DNA of 60,000 nucleotides. It comes from Mobula hypostoma. Taxonomy: Eukaryota. Made by a program: the position numbers and the translations under genes. Below, piece after piece: positions 23,016 through 36,425 of this stretch. The notes under the pieces were generated by a model, which saw only the letters and a list, made by a program, of their open reading frames with translations, did no database searches and was not told the DNA's origin. Location of the stretch: NCBI RefSeq assembly GCF_963921235.1, contig NC_086109.1, positions 33,234,001-33,294,000 of the forward strand. Reading direction: 5' to 3'. The stretch's first letter is position 1; each line of letters opens with the position of its first letter.

Positions 23016-24457
23016 GATGTCTGGGTAGGTGGGATCTTTAATTATATTGGCTGCCTTTCCAAGACAGTGAGAATTGTACACAGAGTCCATGGAGGGGAGG
23101 CTTATTTTCATGTTGTGCAGAGCTGTATCTGTAACCCTCTGCAGCTGCTACTCTCAGCCAGAACAGTTGCCACACAAGCTGTGTTGCATCTGGATAAGAT
23201 GTTTTCTGTAGTGCACCTATAAAAATTTGTAAGGGTCAAAGTGGACAGCCAAAATTCTTTAGTCTCCTGAGGAAGTAGAGGCAATGCATTATATTTTACA
23301 GAAGGTTGGAAATTGTGGTATGATCTAAATTGTGGCTGAAGTCATATGTAGTTTAAGTTTGTGGATTGTAAGCATGCAATGTTTCATAACAATTAAACTT
23401 GAAATTTAGGACTTCGACAAAAATTTTGCAATGTATATACGGTTTCCCCTACTTTCAGTTCCCAGATACTAACCAGGACCCTGGTCAAATGTGTATGCAA
23501 AAATGTTTGTTCCTGCCAGGCACCAGTAGCTCTTGTGTTGCATAGCACAAGTCATCATGTGGGTATTTTAATCCTCCACCTTACAACTTCCTGTAGTTTC
23601 AATGCATCAGTGATTAATTTCCTGTCCATAAAGTTTGTGCTTTTTGTCTTTTTCTGTGGATATTTGTGTTCATTTTAAAAAATATTGAAGATAGGGAAAC
23701 TAATTGGATGTAGGAGAAGGATGTATGTTGAACTTATCAGATAGCATTCTTTAGAGCTTCAACAAACTACTAGAACTTCTGGACTGATGTCTCCCTATGA
23801 TTTTGACCATAAAGCATTTCTGTTTCAAATGCTGCATATAGGTTTTAATTAGCTTGAATTGATGATAATTTGATCTTATTAAGATGCTCTAATTTAATAA
23901 ATGCTGAGAGTAGAGCCAACTAGTTGCTGAAATTAATGAAAAGACAGCCTGAATTTTATTATTAGCCTGTATCAGGCCGAATGGGTCACAACAATTTCAG
24001 TCCAGTGCTCTCTTGATTTATATCCTATCTATTATGTATTACTGACCTGAAAAATAATCTTGTCTTCACCTAATTGTAAATTAATTGAGGTTCATCTCAG
24101 TATGTGCTTATAAATTATAATCAGAGGTTCATTTATTCTCTCGATTAAAATCTAACAAATATCCTATCTAAGGGTGAACCCAATCCAGCTTTTTCGGTCT
24201 CTCTTACATAACTGAAGTTATTAACTCCAGGTCTGATGTTTATTAAAATCTCTATACCCATTTCTTGGCCTGGCTAGCTTTGCAAAATTATGATGCCCAA
24301 AAGTCCACATGAAGTCAGTCAGTAACAATTTGGTATTATATTAAAGCAATTTGGTATTGTATTAAAGCTAAGGATTTCTCAGTTTCAATCTTCAATTTTA
24401 GTTTCAGAAGGGATAATTATATTTAAGCAGAAATGTATTTTTTTTCCAAATATACAG

Positions 24458-24534
24458 GTGAATTTGAATGTGGCTCTGAATCACAACTGAAAAGTAAATG
24501 TGTGCCAGTGTCTGATGTAAAGACACATTTAACA
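24458..24534 (+). CDS. LEMD2: LEMD2 exon 4
   Basis: atacag|GT GAA...ACA|gtaagt. Encodes GEFECGSESQLKSKCVPVSDVKTHLT; 77 nt. Confidence 0.93.
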
Positions 24535-25169
24535 GTAAGTAATACGTTTTAACATGGAAGTTTTTTTTTTCAAATGAACAATATCAGTTGACATTTATTT
24601 ACAGCCTGTAAATAAAGTTCACGGTGTAGAACTATCATTAATAAATACATGGGTGAAATCTCAATTTGCAATGTTACCATTATAAATATTGCTGCTTAAA
24701 TATTAATAGCATTACTTAATGGAGACAGAATCACACTATTTCAGGTTAATGAGTTTTGAAGTATTCCACCATGACCTCATGGATCTCCTGTGTTGTGACT
24801 CCTCCACTATAGTAATTCTATTATTATTCTGGTTCTTTGACTTTATAAATGAGTTTTATGTAAGAATTTTTTTTGTCACTTATTAGCATTATGGTAAGCA
24901 GTTATATGAGTATTTAGTAATTGTTTTATAGAAACTTAATAAAATTATCATACGTAATCAACATCAGCTATGTAATCAAAATTATCATAGTTACTCTTCT
25001 ATATAGTTACCTTAATTCACAAGAAAATATTTTGCTTTTCCCATGAGTCATATTATTGGGCCTTAGTTGTAAAACCCTCAAAATGTAGTCCCTGACTGCT
25101 GGAGAGGTGAAGATGGTTTCAAGTATTAGAGGGAATAATGATTTTTTTAAAAAAACTAAACAAAACCTT

Positions 25170-25900
25170 GCAACACACACAAAATGCTGAGGGAATTCAG
25201 CAGGCCAGGTAGCATCTATGGAAAAGAGTACAGCCGACGTTTCAGACTGAGACCCTTCAGCAGGACTGGAGAAAATAAGACGAGTAGATTTTTAAAAGGT
25301 GGGGGGAGGGGAGGGAGAAACACAAGGTGATAGGTGAAACTGGAGAATGGCAGGGGTAAAGTAAAGAGCTGGGAAGTTGATTGGTGAAAGAGTTACAGGG
25401 CTGGAGAAAGGGGAAACTTAATAGGAGAGGACAGAAGGCCGTGGAAGAAAGAAAAGGAGGGAGGCGATGGGAGGCAAGTAGATAAGGTGAGAGAGGGAAA
25501 AGGGGATGGGTAATGATGAAGAGTGGGGAGGGGGGTGTGGGCACATGCCATCAGGTTGGAGGCTACCCAGACAGAATAGAAGGTGTTGTTCCTCTAACCT
25601 GTGTGTGGCCTCATCACGACAATAGAGAAGGCCATGGATAGATTTATTGGAATGGGAAGTGGAATTAAAATGGGTGGCCAGTAGGAAATCTGGCTTCTTC
25701 TGGTGGACGGAATGTAGGTGCTTAACAAAGCAGTCTCCCAATCTACATCGGGTCTCACTGATTATACAGGAGACCTCACTGGGAGCACCAAACACAGTAC
25801 AGGTATATGACCCCAACAGACTCAGGTGAAGTGTCACCTCACCTGGAAGGACTGTTTGGCACCTAAATGGTAATGAGGGAGGAGGTATAGGGGCATTCAG
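25170..25900 (-). mobile_element. Penelope-like retroelement, 3' part
   Basis: ETRCRLGDCFVKH...ATHFNSTSH...LEEQHLLFCLGSLQPDG. The terminal hammerhead core is mutated to CTGCTGA. Confidence 0.88.
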
Positions 25901-26090
25901 GTAATGTAATTGGATTAGTACTGTTGGAACCATATGTAGGCAAAAGTAAAAGAATCTGAAATGTCCTGAAAGTGTGAGCACATCGTATGAAAATAAGATT
26001 TTTAATTAAAGTATTATAGAAAAAGCTTGAACGTTTTAAAATCTAGGGTTCAGTTTTCTTTTACTGTTTACTCATTTTATTTCTTTCTAG

Positions 26091-26170
26091 ATTTCAGATG
26101 TTCCCCATGTAAATAAATTTGACGAAGCACTTCAGTGGATCTTGCAGAGTACACGGGACCTTGGAATTAG
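26091..26170 (+). CDS. LEMD2: LEMD2 exon 5
   Basis: ttctag|ATT...AG|gtgagt. Encodes ISDVPHVNKFDEALQWILQSTRDLGI(R); 80 nt. Confidence 0.92.
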
Positions 26171-26412
26171 GTGAGTTTAATTCTCTTTTTTCCCTCCCAA
26201 GTTATGGCAACTAATAATATCTGAATTAAAAGAGAGTCCAGTCTCTTACTATACGTTTATGTAATGATTTTGAACAAATTTTAAACACTTAAACTGTGAA
26301 TGCCTTAAAAAGGAATGAATCGGAAGGGATACAAATTATATTTGAAATACTATTTACCCCAGAATTAATAACTTATTATCTTAATGGAACAAGACAGCAA
26401 ATAAGCAAAGTA

Positions 26413-28003
26413 CAGTTGCAAGAAAAAGTTTCAACCCTTTGCAATTATCTGGTTTTCTGCATTAATTATTCATAAAATGTGGTCTTATCATCATCTGAGT
26501 CACAAAAATTGACAAACACAGTCTGCCTAAATTAATAACGCACGAACAGTTGTACTACTTCTCATCAATACTGAGTACACCATTTAAGCAATCACAGTTT
26601 AGATTCAGCAGACTTTCCAGGCGCAGATCCATGCGAGACTGACGGATGCTACCATTGAGTCTAGATTCAAAAAAGTATGTGAACCGCTGGTGGTAAAACC
26701 TTCTACGAAAGCTATTTGGAGTTGGGTGTTCCAACCAATGAGATGAGATAGGAGGTGTGGGTTATAGAGGTGCCCTGCCCTATATTTTTAAAAAAAAAAG
26801 ACGCAGTCAGGTTACTGACGTAACCTGCTCTTCTCAAGAAAGATCTGTTTATGTGCACCATGCCTCAATAAAAATCACTTTCAGAGGACCTTAGAAGAAT
26901 TGTGGAGATGCATGAAGCTGGCAAAGGCTACAAAAGCATTTCTAAAGACCTGAGTGTTCCATCAGTCCACAGTAAGAGAAATGATCTGCAGCTGGAGGAA
27001 ATTCAGTACCATTGCTACTCTCCATAGAAATGGGCATCCTCCAAAGATTACACCAAGAGCACAGTGTGCAATGCTGGAGGAGGTGGAAAAGAACCCAAAG
27101 GTAACGGCAAAAGACCTACAGAAATCTCTAGAACTTGCTAAAGTCTCTGTTCATGTGTCCACTGTAAGAAAAATGCTGAACAAGAATGGTGTTCATGGAA
27201 GGACACCACGGAGGAAGCCACTCTTCTCCAAAAAAACGTTGCTGCATGTTTGCAAAAGACCACCTGGATGTTCCACAATGCTTCTGGGACAACGTTCTAC
27301 TGACAGATGAGATAAATGTTGAATTTTTTGGTAGAAATGCACGCCGTTATGTTTGGAGGAAAAAGGGCACAGCACACCAACACCTTAACCTTATCACAAT
27401 TGTCAGGCAATGGTGGAAGGAGCATTGTGGTTTGGGACTGCTTTGGGTCTGAATAGCTTGCAATTGTTGAAGGAACAATTAATTCAAAATTGTATCAACA
27501 TTTTACAAGAGAATGTCAGCGTAGCGGTCCATCGTCTGAAGCTTAGTAGAAGTTGGATGATGCAACAAGACAATGATCCAAAAGACAATCAACAACAGAA
27601 TGGGTTAAAGAAAATTTTTGTTTTGGAATGGCCAAGTCAGAGTCCAGACCTTAACCCAATTGAGATGCTGGGGCTGTTCATGCAAGGTATCCCAGAAATA
27701 TTGATGAACTGAAAGAGTTTTGTATGGAGGAATGATCTAAAATTTGGTGTAGGTTATTGCTGCTGAAGGGGGTTATACCAGTTACTAAATACAAGAGTTC
27801 ACATACTTTTTCCAGCTTGGACTGTGAATAATTAAACAATGTGTTCGGTAAAGTCATGAAAAGCACAATTGTTTGTGTGTCATTAGTTTATGCAGATTGT
27901 GTTTGTCTATTATTGTAATTTAGATGAAGATCAGACTACATTTTATGAGTAATGCAGAAAATTGGGCAATTGCAAAGAGTTCGCCAACATTTTCTTGGAG
28001 CTG
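26413..28003 (+). mobile_element. Tc1-family DNA transposon (IR/DR type) with decayed transposase
   Basis: TA|CAGTTGCAAGAAAAAG ... TTTTCTTGGAGCTG|TA, inner direct repeats AAAAGTATGTGAAC. Transposase motifs GKGYKSISK, TDE, QQDNDPK and WPSQSPDLNPIE, with frameshifts. Confidence 0.92.
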
Positions 28004-28039
28004 TACAGTAGGATCTAGTTATTCTTGTACATTAATTGC

Positions 28040-28580
28040 AGGCAGATGTAAGTGTTATGGAAGACAATTGGTAACTTGGCCTTTATTGCAGGAGGTTTGG
28101 AGTTTAGAAACAGGGAAGTATTGTTACTCTCAAAGCACACCTGGAGTGCTATGCAAAATTTTGAGCCTCTTTATTTAAGGAAAGATTTACTGTCTTTGGC
28201 AGCAGTCCAAAATGGATTCATTAGGCTTATTCGTAGGATTAGAGGGTTGTGCTATCATAAGCTGCTAAAGGAATCGGGATCCTTTCTGCGCATGATGGGA
28301 TAAATGTCAAAATATTTTCGGTATAGGAAAAAGCGGAATATGAGGGGATCATAGTTAGAGGTCAGTCATTTAAAATAAAGGTGTGTAGAATTTTTTTTCT
28401 CACGGGGTTATAGAGCCTAGGCCATTAGGGGTATCTAAAAAGAAAGCAAATAAATACTTTCAGGATCAGGAATTGAGGGCTATGTGTAACTGACACAGCA
28501 AAAGAGATCATATTGAATGGTAGGGTAGTCTAAAGAGACTGAATATCCTGCTCCTGCTCCACTTTCTAATGTCCTATTGT
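28040..28580 (+). mobile_element. degenerate CR1 3' fragment
   Basis: LAFIAGGLEFRNREVLL...YLRKDLLSLAAVQ motif. Confidence 0.7.
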
Positions 28581-28713
28581 ATTTCATTCCTGATTTCCAT
28601 AAAATAATTTTATTTGACATTATCATTTCATGAACAATTATTATCAGAGAAATGTTCCCATAACGGGGTGTGGTAAATAGAAAAGACAATTAGTCTATTG
28701 CTATATTCTAGAA

Positions 28714-29861
28714 CAGGGGTCCCCAACTGCGGACCGGTTTCATATTGACAATATTCTTGCGGACCGGCCAACCGGGGGGGGGGGGGCGCGTGGGGGGTGG
28801 GTGGTAGGGTTGCCAATGAACAAGAGTAGCAGTCAAATACATTGGGTTTACTCCGAGAAAGACTACAATGACCATGAAGCCTTGCGCGGGCACCAGTGCG
28901 CATGCTTGTACGTGCCGATTTTTTTTCTACAAATCGGTTTTGGCAATTCTGTTTAGGGGGGGTGTTAATCATGAGCGCCATATAGGTGATAAGTGGCTAA
29001 TACACTCAATTTCGTTTCTAAAAGGGTTTATCTAACGAACTTAATATTAAACAGCACATATTTTCCTCGCATGAATATAGCGATAAGTCAATTATCAGGG
29101 GAGGTTGGAGTAAGTGTCGAACGAACTTCCTGTAGAAGTTGTAGAGGCAGGTTCGGTATTATCATTTAAAGAAAAATTGGATAGGTATATAGACAGGAAA
29201 GGAATGGAGGGTTATGGGCTGAGTGCAGGTCGGTGGGACTAGGTGAGAGTAGCGTTCGGCACGGACTAGAAGGGCAGAGATCGCCTGTTTCTGTGCTGTA
29301 ATTGTTATATGGTTATATAAATCAATAGCATCATAACATTTAAAGTAACGTTTGGATATTAAACACACAGCACATATTTTCCCCGTATAAACATATAAAA
29401 TCATTGCAACACACCAGTATCGCTGAACCAGTAGGAGCCCTGGGCTTGTTTTCCAGCAACAAGACGGTCCCATCGAGGAGTGATGGGAGACAGCGATACT
29501 CGAAGGGGGTTCCTTATGTCCAGTCTATTTCGCGATTAGTTTTCGTTGCATTCATTGCAGAGATATGTTGGAAATGGAAGCAACGTTTTCAGTGCTTTCG
29601 TGGCTATCTCAGGATATCTAGCCTTGACTTTGATCCAGAATGCCGGCAGAGATGTTATATCAAACATGCTTTTCAGCCCGCTGTCATTTGCAAGCTCGAG
29701 GAGTTGATCTCCTTGCCACGTTGACATGGATGACGCGTGCGTAACGACCTCGAGTGTGTTCAAGCTCAACAGTGGACGTGACAGGGAATGAGGAAAGGTG
29801 CCGCTGACTCTTATCGCCAAATCATATCGTTTCCTCGCGGCCCGGTGGTTGGGGACCGCTG
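28714..29861 (-). mobile_element. hAT (Charlie/Buster-type) non-autonomous element containing a CR1 3' fragment
   Basis: TIRs CAGGGGTCCCCAAC / GTTGGGGACCGCTG; 8-bp TSD TTCTAGAA (28706-28713) / TTCTGGAA (29862-29869). Carries an hAT dimerisation-domain remnant FWIKVKARYPEIATKALKTLLPFPTYLC. Confidence 0.9.
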
Positions 29862-30461
29862 TTCTGGAACATTATTTTTCATTATTAGAAAGTAAGAACA
29901 ACAAAATGGAATTAAAAGATTTTTACGTGGACATCTAAATGTGAATCTATTTTAGTAACTTATTTGTAGTGCACAACCAGAACAATACTTGGTTTTACCT
30001 CATCTATAAAGTTACAGCAAAGTTTATCATCTTTCCAAAAAATTGAGTGAGAAGCATGATTGGTGTACATCTCTCAGATAAGCTGCAGTCCACCCACCTG
30101 TAAGATATTGATGGATCATTGAAAGGAACATTTCCTTATTTTGTTCAGCTTTCAGGCTTCTTAAACCCAAGTATCAGTCAGTGGAGTTGTGTTATGGCTT
30201 TAAGCTCAAGATTTGGCACACAGCAAGTAGTAAATTTGATGCTCGCTGAGATGACTTGATAATGTAAGGTCTTGTTACTAAACTTTCTTTTAGACAAAGA
30301 ACAAATGACACATATGATAGTAAGCCTTAAGTAAAATTATTTACTAATCAATAAAGTCAAGGTCTCGCATTTTTTTTCCTGTCATTTTGAAAGCAAATAT
30401 CAAGGGTTACAGCCATGTCCTTAAAGGAAGTTAATTTGTATATTTTTATATCTTAATGCAG

Positions 30462-30607
30462 ATTAGTTGGTGAGGACTCTGAGGCACCAGTAACTTCAGT
30501 GGATCAGGTGACTTGTTTGGAATCTACTCGTCCACAAATGAATTTGTATTGTCGGCTCCAACGTGCATTTTTTACCATTCTGAATAGAATGTTAATTTTT
30601 ATTTTTG
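30462..30607 (+). CDS. LEMD2: LEMD2 exon 6
   Basis: atgcag|A TTA...TTT G|gtaagt. Encodes LVGEDSEAPVTSVDQVTCLESTRPQMNLYCRLQRAFFTILNRMLIFIF; 146 nt. Confidence 0.93.
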
Positions 30608-30739
30608 GTAAGTCTTTATTGTTTAGATTTAATATTTTGGTTTATAAAGTGATCAATGCTACAGTAATTGAAGATGCAAACAGCATTTTTTAAAATCATG
30701 ATTATAAAGGTAATTCCTGAATTAAAGTTGACAGTATAG

Positions 30740-31557
30740 ATATTGATAGAATGTAAAACTGGGCTAAGAAGTGGCAAATGCAGTTCAACCCAGATAAGTG
30801 TGAGGTGGTTCATTTTGGTGGGTTAAATACGATGGCAGAATATAGTATTAATGGTAAGATGCTTGGCAGTGTGGAGGATCAGTGGGATCTTGGGGTCCGA
30901 GTCCGCAGGACACTCTAAGCTGCTGCGCAGGTTGACTGTGGTTAAGAAGGCATATGGTGTATTGGCCTTCATCAACCGTGGGATTGAATTCAAGAGCCAA
31001 GAGGATCCTGGTCTGACCCCGCTTGGAGTACTGTGCTCAGTTCTGGTCACCTCACTACACGAAGGATGTGGAAACTATAAAAAGGGTGCAGAGGAGATTT
31101 ACAAGGATCTTGCCTGGATTGGGCGCATGCCTTATGAGAATAGGTTGAGAGAACTCAGCCTTTTCTCCTTGGAGTGATGGAGAATGAGAGGTGACCTGAT
31201 TGAGGTGTATAAGATGATGAGAGGCATTGATCGTGTGGATAGTCAGAGGCTTTTTCCCAAGGTTGAAGTGGCTAGCACAAGAGGGCACAGTTTTAAGGTG
31301 CTTGGAAGTAGTACAGAGGAGACATCGGGTAAGTTTTTTTACGCAGAGAGTGGTGAGTGCGTGGAGAGGACAGCCAGCGATGGTGGTGGAGGTAGATACA
31401 ATAGGGTCTTTTAAGAGACTCTTAAAGGTAGGTACATTGAGCTCTTAAAGATAGGGTACATGGAGCTTAGAAAAATAGAGGGCTGTGGGTAACCCTAGGT
31501 AATTTCTAAAGTAAGTACATGTTCGGCACAGCATTGTGCTGTAGGTTTTCTATGTTA
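30740..31557 (+). mobile_element. CR1 LINE 3' fragment
   Basis: KKAYGVLAFINRGIEFKS and MRGDLIEVYKMMRGIDRVD motifs. Confidence 0.88.
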
Positions 31558-31640
31558 GATAATTTCAGAAGATTTATTTATATTCAATTATACTTACTAC
31601 TCTCTATATACAAAATATAAATACGTTGATATGGTCATTG

Positions 31641-33021
31641 CAGTATGTGAACCTCTGGGCTAATACCTTCTACAAAAGTTATTTGGAATCAGATGTTCCA
31701 GTCAATGAGATCAGATTGGAGGTGTGGGTTGTAGAGGTGCCCTGCCCTATAAAAAGACACATAAAGTCAGGTTACTGACAGCCTGCTTTTCTTGGGAAAG
31801 ATATGTTCATGTACATCATGCCTCAATCAAAGCAACTTTCAGAGGACCTTAGAAGAATTGTAGAGATGCGTAAAGCTGGAAAAGGCTACAAAAGCATTTC
31901 TAAGGACCTGAGGTGTTCATCAGTCCACAATAAGAGAAATTGTCCACGAATGGAAAAAAATTCAGTATGGTTGCTAATCTCCCTAGGAGTGGGCTTCCTG
32001 CAAAGATCACACCAAGAGCACAATGTGCAATGATGGAGGTGTAAAAGAACCAAAAGCTAACAGCAAAAATCTCTAGAACCCAAGGCTAACTGCAGAAATC
32101 TCTAGAACTTACTAAAGTCACTAAAGTCTCTGTTCATTGTCCACTATAAGAAAAACACTGAACAAGAATGGTGTTCATGGAAAGACACCACGGAGGAAAC
32201 CATTACTTTCCCAAAACAAGCATTGCTGCACGTCTCACGTTTGCAAAAGTCCATCTGGATGTTCCACAATGCTTCTGAGACAATGTTCTGCGGACAGATG
32301 AGACAAACGTTGAACTTTTTGGCAGAGATGCACGCTGCTATGTTTGGAGGAAACAGGGAACAACACCAAAATTTCATCCCAACTGTGAAGCCTGGTGGAA
32401 GGGGCATCATGGTTTGGGACTGCTTTGCTGTCTCAGGGCATAGACAGCTTGCAATCGTTGAGGAAGCAATGAATTTAAAATTGCTTCAAGATATTTTACA
32501 GAATGTCAGAGTGACGGTCATCACCTGGAGTTTAATAGAAATTGGATGACACAATGATCTGAAAGATGAGTAAATCAACAACAGAATGGGTTAGAGAAGA
32601 AAATTTGTGTTTTGGAATAACCAAGTCAGAGTCCAGACCTTAACCCAATTGAGATACTGTGGCTATTCATGCAAGGTATCCCAGAAATATTGATGAACTG
32701 AAACAGTTTTGTATGGAGGAATGATCTAAAATTCCTCCTTGCCATTGTGCAAGTCTGATCAGCAGCTACAGGAAACATGGTGGAGGTTATTGCTCCTAAA
32801 GGAAGTTCTATAAAGTATTAAGTACAAGTGTTTACACTCATTTTCCAGCTGGACTATGAATGATTAAGCAATGTCTTCAGTAAAGACATGAAAGTACAAT
32901 TGTTTGTGTGTTATTAGTTTAGGCAGATTGCATCTGGATGAAGATTAGAACACAGTTTACGAGTAACTAATGCAGAAAATCGGGTAATCGCAAAGGGTTC
33001 ACAAACTTTTTCTTGCAACTG
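31641..33021 (+). mobile_element. second Tc1 copy, 5' truncated
   Basis: MPQSKQLSEDLRRIVEMRKAGKGYKSISKDL and PTVKPGGRGIMVWDCF; right TIR TTTTTCTTGCAACTG|TA. Confidence 0.9.
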
Positions 33022-34019
33022 TATATTACTTGTAGTCCACTGTTCACATTTTCTTCAGATGACATTCTTCTAAGGGAGTTAGCACTTTTCTGCTATTCCA
33101 AGCAAGAAGTAAGCCTTGGGCTTCTTTTCCTGAAGCCCTTTTGCAAGTGTGTTGGTGGGCTACTGAAGGCTTTATAATTAATATAGACATTTAAAATGTA
33201 TTCAGTTTTAAATAATTAGTCAAAATGAAATGAAATTCGGTGTTGGTTTATTATTGTCCCATGTACCGAGATACAATGAAGAGCTTGTCTTGCTTATTGT
33301 TTATACAGATCAAATAATTACACAGTGCATTAAGCTAGAAAAATGTAAAACAGTAACAATGCAGAGTATAGTGCAAAAGCTTCTGAAAAAGTGCAGTGCA
33401 AGTAAACAATAAAGTGCAGGATCATATTGTAGTAGATTACAAGGCCAAGAGTCCATCTCGTCGTATAAGAAGTCCATTCAAGTGTCCGATCATAGTGAGA
33501 TAGAAACTCTCCTTGAGCCTTGAACTCTCCTTTTCAGGTTTTTGTATCCTCTGCCCAATGGGAGAAGAGGGAATGGCCAGGTTATTAAATACTAAAATGT
33601 TATAAAATAAAACGTCAAGCACTAACTTCACCATTTCCTGTATGGTTACAATGCCAATTGAATATGATCTTAAATAAGTGTTACCCATGCACATTTATAA
33701 CAGCTTGCAAACAATGGCAGGATTATGACAAGTAAAGTGATGTGGGCCAGCAATAAAAGCCATTTACTTGGCATGTACTAAGGATCCAAGTCGTTTTCCA
33801 TAGTAGCATTTACAGTACTCATACATCCATGATCTTCTGAGGCCTGAAGGTTCGCAAGGCCTATTCTAGCCTCTGTTTCTTATGCTCCGGAAAGTCAACA
33901 ATGAAAGCTAGAATCAAAGCTTCTAAGTTCATTCTTGTACTTTGTATAATGATTAACTTAACTTATTGCAAAAATATAATAAAAATATTTAACCTTATTA
34001 TTTTTTGCTTTTTATATAG

Positions 34020-34121
34020 TATTAAGCCTTCTATGGATTACTCTCTTGCTTCTGAGGTACTACTCTAGAAAAATGGAAGAACAACAGCAAGCTATTTATG
34101 AAATGGTGAATAAAATAATAG
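34020..34121 (+). CDS. LEMD2: LEMD2 exon 7 (end of TM2)
   Basis: atatag|TA TTA...ATA G|gtactg. Encodes VLSLLWITLLLLRYYSRKMEEQQQAIYEMVNKII; 102 nt. Confidence 0.93.
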
Positions 34122-34919
34122 GTACTGTTTAATATTCATATTTAATAATGTGCATTAGATATTGCTGAACTTTAATTTGCTAACAAAAATGAGTTATTGG
34201 TTCCATGTACAAACATTCTCATTTTCAAAATCTGGGTAACTGAATTCATCACAAACATTATTTACCCATTTTTATGCTGTCGCTCTCAAAACAGTTTTGG
34301 AGCATTGCATGGAAATACTTTTGACAAGAAGCAGTTTCAGGACCTGTTAACAAATTAAGTTTTACATAGATGTTTATTGCATCACAGGAGGAGGTCTTTT
34401 GGTTCCACTTTGATTCATTTTGCAGTTAATAATGAATTATGCTACCAACATCTCTTCAGGATGTGGAAAGAACCAGCTCACCTTCCAAAGATTTCTCCAT
34501 TAAAGTGCAAGTCACGGGACCCTAATCCTTACAGGCAACTGTTATTGATTGGAGAGTCATTATTAACGGCAAGTGATGGCCATCGATGCTGTCAGCCTTC
34601 TTCGTGCTAAGTTGACGTCTCCTCTGAGAGCCTTTATACCTTGGCTCCTTCTCTGACTGAGAAAACTTCCTAAAATTTCCTAAAGCGAGGATGTCCCAGT
34701 TTTGAGCTTTTATAAGCCCCCCCTGATTTGGCATTGTTCTATGCAGTGATCTTATTTAACATACAGAATACAACTGAAGTCTAATTTTTAATCAATGGTG
34801 TTTTTTCAGCTTATAAAGCAAGGTACGGGTCTGTCTTATATAAGAAGACACAAATTTCAGCCTATGATTGTCAGAATGTTAGAATCACTGAACTCGATTA
34901 TTCACTTTTGTTAAAACAG

Positions 34920-35022
34920 CTGTCATTCGTGCTCACAATCAAGATTGGGAAAAGGGTTTGGAGCTTGTCCCTTATGTACCCATACCTCATGTCCGAGACA
35001 CGTTAATTCAACCCAAGGATAG
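34920..35022 (+). CDS. LEMD2: LEMD2 exon 8 (winged-helix/MSC domain)
   Basis: aaacag|CT GTC...GAT AG|gtatgt. Encodes AVIRAHNQDWEKGLELVPYVPIPHVRDTLIQPKD(R); 103 nt. Confidence 0.94.
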
Positions 35023-35329
35023 GTATGTTGACAGTGTTTTTAAAACAGTTATGCTGCATGATTGGGAATGTGTTTTTCTGAACCCCCACCACATACAACT
35101 ATGCATTTTTTAGTTCCAGCTTGTTCTATTACCTCATAGAAACTTGCAAGCCATGTTTAACATAACTGTTTTTCTTTTATCTGTACATTTTACTGCTTCT
35201 AGCTGTAATATCAGCAATGCGTTTGTATTTCTGCATTAAAGACAAAATATTACAAATGCAGGTGTTACAGCCAAAAATGTGTTTAATTTGGTAGAGGAAT
35301 AGTAAACATTCAGTACATTCAATGTACAT

Positions 35330-35835
35330 GTAGTACACTTGCTCATTCATGAAAATATCTATTCAGCCAATTGTGGCATCAGCTGAATGCATAAAAGCAT
35401 GCAGACATAGTCAAGAGGTTCAGTTGTTCAGACCAAACATCAGAATGGGGAAGAAATGTGAACTAAGTGACTTTGACTGTGGAATGATTGGTGCCAGACA
35501 GGGTGTTTTAAGTATCTCAGAAACTTCTAATCTGGGATTTTCATGTACAACACTCTCTAGAGTTTACAGAGAATGGTGCCAAAAACCAAACAAAAACATA
35601 TAGTGAGCAGCAATTTGGGGGCAAAAATGGCTTGTTATTGAGAGAGGTCAGAGGAGAATGGCTAGACTGGTTCAAATTGACAGGAAGGTGACAGTAACTC
35701 AAATAACTATGCATTAGAATAGTGGTGTGCAGAAGAGCATCTCTGAATGCACAACACATTGAACTTTGAAGTGGACGGACTACAGTAGCAGAAGACCTCA
35801 AACATAGTGGCCACTTTATTAGATACAGAAGGTAA
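35330..35835 (+). mobile_element. non-autonomous Tc1 derivative (same family as 2449-2963)
   Basis: MGKKCELSDFDCGM remnant and GTGGCCACTTTATTAG subterminal motif. Confidence 0.7.
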
Positions 35836-36425
35836 TAATGTTAATACTGTAAACCAACACTTGTGTTGGCATTATTCTATTTTGTTGGTCACTACTAAAA
35901 AGCAATAGAATATTAAGTACTGTTTAGTGCATTGTGACCAAACCTCAATCTCATTTAAGAAGTTTTAACATCTTCTGTTGCCTTGAGTGTATTTCCTTCA
36001 ATCATTTCAATACCAGGGCAGTGCCATGGCAAGTAAAGAGAAGGAAAATATTAGAAATAATTATTGAAATTGATACTAGTTTATTGAAATGCTCTTGTTT
36101 GCTTGTCATCTGGACAGGCACTTCCATACACAAGTACATCGAGGTAGTAGAATGGAAAATAATGCAGAATACAGTCTTACAGTTAAAGTACAGTGCAGGT
36201 AGATAAAGACCAAGGGCTATGATGAGATACAGTAGATTGGGAGATCAAGAGTTCCATCTTTTTAGCATATGGAAGGCCCATTCTCTTTGTCTGGTGACTA
36301 AGAGTAGAGAATATCCTGACACTATTGTTTGCCTCGATATAATTTTTCTTTGAGACCATTTGAAACAAAATCATATTTTAATATGCACATTTAAAAATTA
36401 CTCTTTATTTTTCTTTTTGTATCAG

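Noticed and set aside
26091..26097. Alternative acceptor (atttcag) 7 nt into LEMD2 exon 5
   Set aside because: It is out of frame; the upstream AG preserves both the frame and the homology.
34810..34822. 13-nt micro-exon candidate (ttttttcag|CTTATAAAGCAAG|gtacgg) in LEMD2 intron 7
   Set aside because: It would frameshift, exons 7 and 8 already join in phase, and such sites arise by chance. It needs RNA evidence.
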